DNA of 64,000 nucleotides from Blastocystis sp. Blastoise (taxonomy: Eukaryota > Protista > Bigyra: Opalinata): NCBI GenBank assembly GCA_039096225.1, contig JBBPEB010000013.1, forward strand, positions 1,240,001-1,304,000, read 5' to 3'. The first letter of the stretch is position 1. Each line of letters opens with the position of its first letter. Below, one piece after another: positions 58,701-64,000 of the stretch. The position numbers and the translations under genes were made by a program. The notes under the pieces are model-generated. The model was not told the DNA's origin. It was given only the letters and a program-made list of their open reading frames with translations, and did not search any database.

Positions 58701-61700
58701 TGGCGATAATATATATACTATACATGCTACATCTGTAATTGGTACTCCATATGAATATACATTAACTATTCATATTCAATCATGTCAATTTCCTAATAAT
58801 TTTGTTAACATACAATTAGAATATGAACAAGGAGCTGTTTACGAGATTCCAATATTAGATAATATGGTGTCTCAAACAATTTTAAGTATTTATCATATAT
58901 ATGAAAAAAGTTCAGAAGACTATAATATATGTTTTTCTCCATCAACATATTTCTTATATGTGAATATGCTGTCTGGACAATCTAGTTCAGTATCCCATGT
59001 ATATCTCAATAATGTTTATTATGGTGAATTCAATCAGAATAATTATGTATCTTTTTCTTTCCTTCAATATGTTGATGCATCCAAGATGCCTATTGTTTAT
59101 TCTTATGATAATATAACTCCTCCTAAGCATTGGAATACTAATCTATTTAATGATGATTTATGGTCTACTGTTCCTTCTTCTTCTTCTCTTCCTAATGTTC
59201 CTAGTGATAGTATTACTCAATATTATAGAATACATTATACTGTAGAACAACTAATAGCTAAAGAATATCAATTAGATATAACTGTATCTACCTATGCTGG
59301 TATGATTATATATATGAATGGTTATGAAGTAAGAAGAGTAAATATGAATAATGGTGATAATGTCGAATATAATACATTAGCTAACTCCAAATATAATGAA
59401 TATAAATCATTTAGATCTGTTGTAACTACTTTTATTGATCCAAGAATACGTATCATAGGTGATAATATTATTGCTATTGAAATACACAAATTTAATACTG
59501 TTATTCAACCAAAGAATGGACTTTCAATAGTAATTAACATTGTTAATATAGAAGATTCACTTATAACAGGTTCATGGTCTGTTAATGGTGAAGTAGATCC
59601 TAAATATCCGTTAAGTAATATAGAAGATAGAAATTCTTATACATATACAGAAGTACTTGATACATGTTCAAGTACTATATTTACATATACATATAATGAT
59701 GAAATATGTATAGATGTAAATAACTTTTATTTATATTATCAGCACGCTATGAGTTTATCCTATAGTCCTGTAACTGCTGTAATAGAAGGAACTTATAATA
59801 ATGGCGCACAATGGGATGAACTTTCTACAATGGATGGAATCACTATAAACAAATCTAATTCTAAAAACTTTCATTTAAATAAATGTTATAATTCATATCG
59901 TATGAGAATTACAAAATGTGGAACAGATACGAATATATCTGAAAGTGATAAAGAAAGTATGACTATTGTAAATGAACTACGTTTCAATGTTTATACTGAT
60001 AGTGGCTGTGTAGATAATGAATGGTCTTCATCTGGAGATAATCAATATTCTTATAAGATTTGTCCTAAAGGATATACTAGTAATGCTAAACGTTTATGTA
60101 GTTACAACTTTTTTAAAGATACTGAAGGTGATGAAACATGTATAAAAATAAATCCTTCTGAATTATATTTTGAAGAAACAAATATTATTATTAAAATCAA
60201 TGATTTCTATGAACAATATTATACAATAGATGCTCTTAATACTGTTATTACAAGTTCTCCTTCTCTTCCTGAAGGTATTATGATAGATTCTGAAACTCAA
60301 AAACTATATGGTACTCCTACTATTCCATCTCCTCCTACTACTTATACTCTCTCTTATACAAATAATGAAGGTATTGTTGTAGGCTTACATCAAATTTCTA
60401 TTACCGTCACACGTTTATCGTGTTTAGCTGATAATAATTGGCTAGAAACTAATCTTGAATCTACTGCTTCTCTTCCTTGTCCTCAAGGATATACTGGTAA
60501 TCAATCTAGATATTGCAATAATATTGGTATGTGGGAAGACCCTGATTTGAGTGAATGTATATTTAGTTCTGCTCCTTGTACAGGTACTACTTATTATAAT
60601 GGCAATGAATGTGTAGAATGTGAAAATGGTATTACTAGTTCTCTTAATGGAAATAATTATTTATGTACTCCTTGTGAAGAAGGTACATATGCATATAATA
60701 ATAAATGTTTTGATCATTTATATTGTGAAGCTGATGGAAACTGGCCTCAAACGAATCCTAAAACTACTACTACTATTTCATGTCCATTCTTATATAAAGG
60801 AGATATGACTAGATATTGTAATGATAATATGATATGGGAAGAAGAAAATACTAGTAATTGTGTAGAACTTCCTCCTTGTACAGGTAGTACTTATCTTAGT
60901 GGTACTGAATGTGTAGAATGCGTAGGTGGTGGAATAATTACTGAAAATGGTAAGAATATAGCATGTACTCCTTGTGGAGATGATGAGTATCTATATAATT
61001 ATAAATGCTTATCAAATAATAATGTATGCTCTGCAAAAAGTTACGGCTTATTAGAATTTCCAAAAACTCAAGTTGGAAGAAAAGCAGCTTTAAGTTGTTC
61101 AAATGATAAGCAATTTGGCTATTATTATGTTTCATGTGATTATATATCTGGGGTACCTACTTGGTCAAATGATATTGATAAAAGAAATTGCTGTATATAA
61201 TTCTTTTTTATATTTTTATTTATATATTTATATAATATTCTATAGATCCTCGTCCTTCTGTTGAGTCTGGAAAAGGATTACAACTTTTAGATTATACATT
61301 TTACTTAAAGACTTGTATTGATGATATAACAGATATAATAGTTTCTTATTCAAGAACATTTATACATACATATCCTTATGAGTTAACAGATCTAAAAATG
61401 GCACCTAATTATGATGAAAATGTATATATTTCTATTTTATTATTTTTATATAATATAATACTATTATTATTTAGGCATGTAACACTCTCCCTCTTCAAGT
61501 ATATTATGGTACAAATACAGAGATATATGATTCTGCTACTTATAAACAGAAATTATTTATTAAACACGTATCTTCTTCTACATCAAACATTCAAGAATCA
61601 TTATCATCACTTGATAATAAGAAATGCTATTTATATGATTCTGAAAATGGTTGTCAACATCTTCAAGAAGGTTATCAAATGGTTCCTACTAATAGTTATC

Positions 61701-62104
61701 ATTCTGATACTTATTTCTGTAAACAACATCAATTAAAATATACTTCAATTCCTGTAAGATCTTTTGAAACTTCGAATACTAATATATTCATACTTGGAAT
61801 AACTATCGATAAGATTGAAAATCATTGGATTGATCCTGATACTATTGCTATTATATATAAATCTATTATTGCTTCTATTGATCTTCCTCTAAAACAATTG
61901 CAATTAGTAGATACTACTTCAAACACATTAAGTAAATTAATTAGTTTCTCCTTCTATGTTGCTTTCCCTGAACAAATTGAGATTAATTCTGATAGCTTAA
62001 AAACTCATATAAATACTTCATTATTAAAAGAACAAATCAAAACTATTCTTACATTTGAAAATTCTGAAATGATGACTCAACTGAATCACTTTGAAAGTAT
62101 ATAA
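55772..62104 (+). CDS. large secreted/surface Cys-rich modular protein (He_PIG-like Ig, galactose-binding-like, CxxDxxW.T Cys repeats)
   Basis: Signal peptide MNNFMKIFIFIISVIIAGSC; LP.GL..d..G.I.GTP modules x3; G..iY.NG modules x3; C..DGNWP.T..CP..Y.G..R.C..W repeats. The 3' end is uncertain. Confidence 0.8.
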
Positions 62105-64000
62105 TGAATTATTAATCCCTCTATTATTATTAGATATATTATACTTATTTAATAATAATATATAACTATTTATTTTTATATATCTTTGATAGTATTTTTT
62201 TTTTTGCATTATATATTTACTTAATATATCAATATATTTTTCTTAATTGTTTATATATTTATATTATTATTAATTTTTTTTCACTCTATTATATTATTTT
62301 TATTGTTATTGATATACATTTTATTATACAATAACTATGTTACTTTAATGGTTATAATTAATAATTATATTATAATTGAATCTGTTTTTAAATATCATTG
62401 TGAACTGTTTATAACAATTTCTTTATATATATAATTATTGACTATATGTGGCTATATTTATTATTATGCTTTTTCTCATGTATTTATTTTTTATTTCATA
62501 TTTTTTGTAAATTCTTATTCTTATTCCTCTTCTTGTTATTATTATTATTTACATGAATATACATAATACTATTATATATTTTTTGCTACTATTATTATTC
62601 TTAAATACCTATATCTCATTCATGAAATATATGATATTTATATAATTGATACATATAATGATTATCAAGTACCGAAATCATTCTTTCTTGTTATTTTTCT
62701 ATTACTATTACTATTAATATTAATATTAAATTATTCAAAATATTTGTTTTGTTAGTTATTATTCATTAACAAGAATTACTGTAATGATGGAATTTAACAA
62801 TAGATTTCGTTTATGTAAGGACAAATATTGTATTCGTTATCAGTGTCTTCCCTGTCACTGGACGGAATTGCCATGTGGCAATTGTCACAATATTTTCTGA
62901 CAAAAAAGTGACAATTGCTTATAACTTTTTTGTTTTTCATTTTGAAAATAGTAAAAAACGATTAAAAGAATCTTTCATGAAAAAAATTAGAAAATGACGA
63001 AGTTTAGCATTTTTTTTTCATGATTTGATTACTCAGTCCTTTTCAGATCAATTTCATCTAAGAATACAAAAAAATATTCAACTATGAAATACACACTCTA
63101 TGAAATTTATTGTGGATTATAATATCGATACTAGTTTATCTCCTATTCCTCGTCACATTTCAGACACAGTTATACAATATTATAGTGAGCATAATGGTGA
63201 TTCTCTCTTTCATGTTATCAAAATTAAGTGTTATAACTCCTTCATATATTTCCTATTATTCTGATAAGTCTATAGAAATAAAATAATTTCATATCCAGCT
63301 CAAATATTTCTTTTTGGTGTAATTCTCTTGAGATATCTTCATTAATCTATTTCTATATTCTCGGTGGTTGTTTCTTAATATAAATAGAATTCAATATTCA
63401 AAAATATTCATTATAAAAAGAAAAATATATAGAATGTGATAGAGAATCACCTTAAAAATATCTAGTTTCTCTTCTAACTATTAAAAAAGTTAAATAACTT
63501 GATAAATTAAGCTATTATTCAATTATTACCAAAATATATGTTGTATTAGGCATTAAGAACGAATAAATAAAAATATTTCTTTTAATAATATAGTTTAAAT
63601 ACATTTAGCATTGCCTATTAATTAAATAGTATCAAAATATCTATAATAAATTTTTGTGATTAATAAAAGTATTGATATTATTGTTGTTATTGCACTAGCA
63701 TTTATGTATGTATCAAATAAAAGTCACTGTCTTATTATAATTAAATTTTAATAATTTTTAACATTTATACTATAAATAGGTTAATTTATACGTATATTTT
63801 ATTTATATTAAAATATTTATATATTTATATCTTATTTATAGATTCATTATATAACGATATACAGTATAATTATATCAATAAATCATATTTATGTTAATAA
63901 TGTCTTTTTCGATATCTTTTTTCATTTATACAACATTTTTTCTAAACCTGATAATTTAAAAAGTTACATTAAAACAATGTCAACTTGGGTTTTAATATTA

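Overview
Very AT-rich, intron-dense eukaryotic DNA (short GT-AG introns, standard code). The gene families suggest a Blastocystis-like stramenopile, which is inferred rather than demonstrated. In order, the window holds: a ~3.9-kb non-coding locus packed with box C/D and H/ACA snoRNAs (including U17/snR30, U15 and two identical snR190/SNORD12-like copies) separated by tiny spliced exons; RBM34/NOP12; an ankyrin-repeat gene; an intact Tc1 (DD34E) element carrying a perfect heat-shock element, inserted just upstream of a di-ubiquitin gene; a large low-complexity gene; an ERD2-related receptor; Y14/RBM8A; tRNA-Leu(AAG); ALG8; and a Pumilio protein. It continues with a U2 snRNA gene split at its branch-point-recognition sequence by an intact long-TIR IS630/Tc1-type transposon, a Pirh2/RCHY1-like E3 ligase, a hAT-type MITE, an Unkempt-like CCCH protein, two divergent BTB-like paralogues and a large Cys-rich surface protein. 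The most striking items are the U2-inserted DNA transposon and the intronic polycistronic snoRNA cluster. Gene models and rRNA target assignments were made by eye against recalled conserved rRNA sequence, so internal exon boundaries and residue equivalences are approximate.
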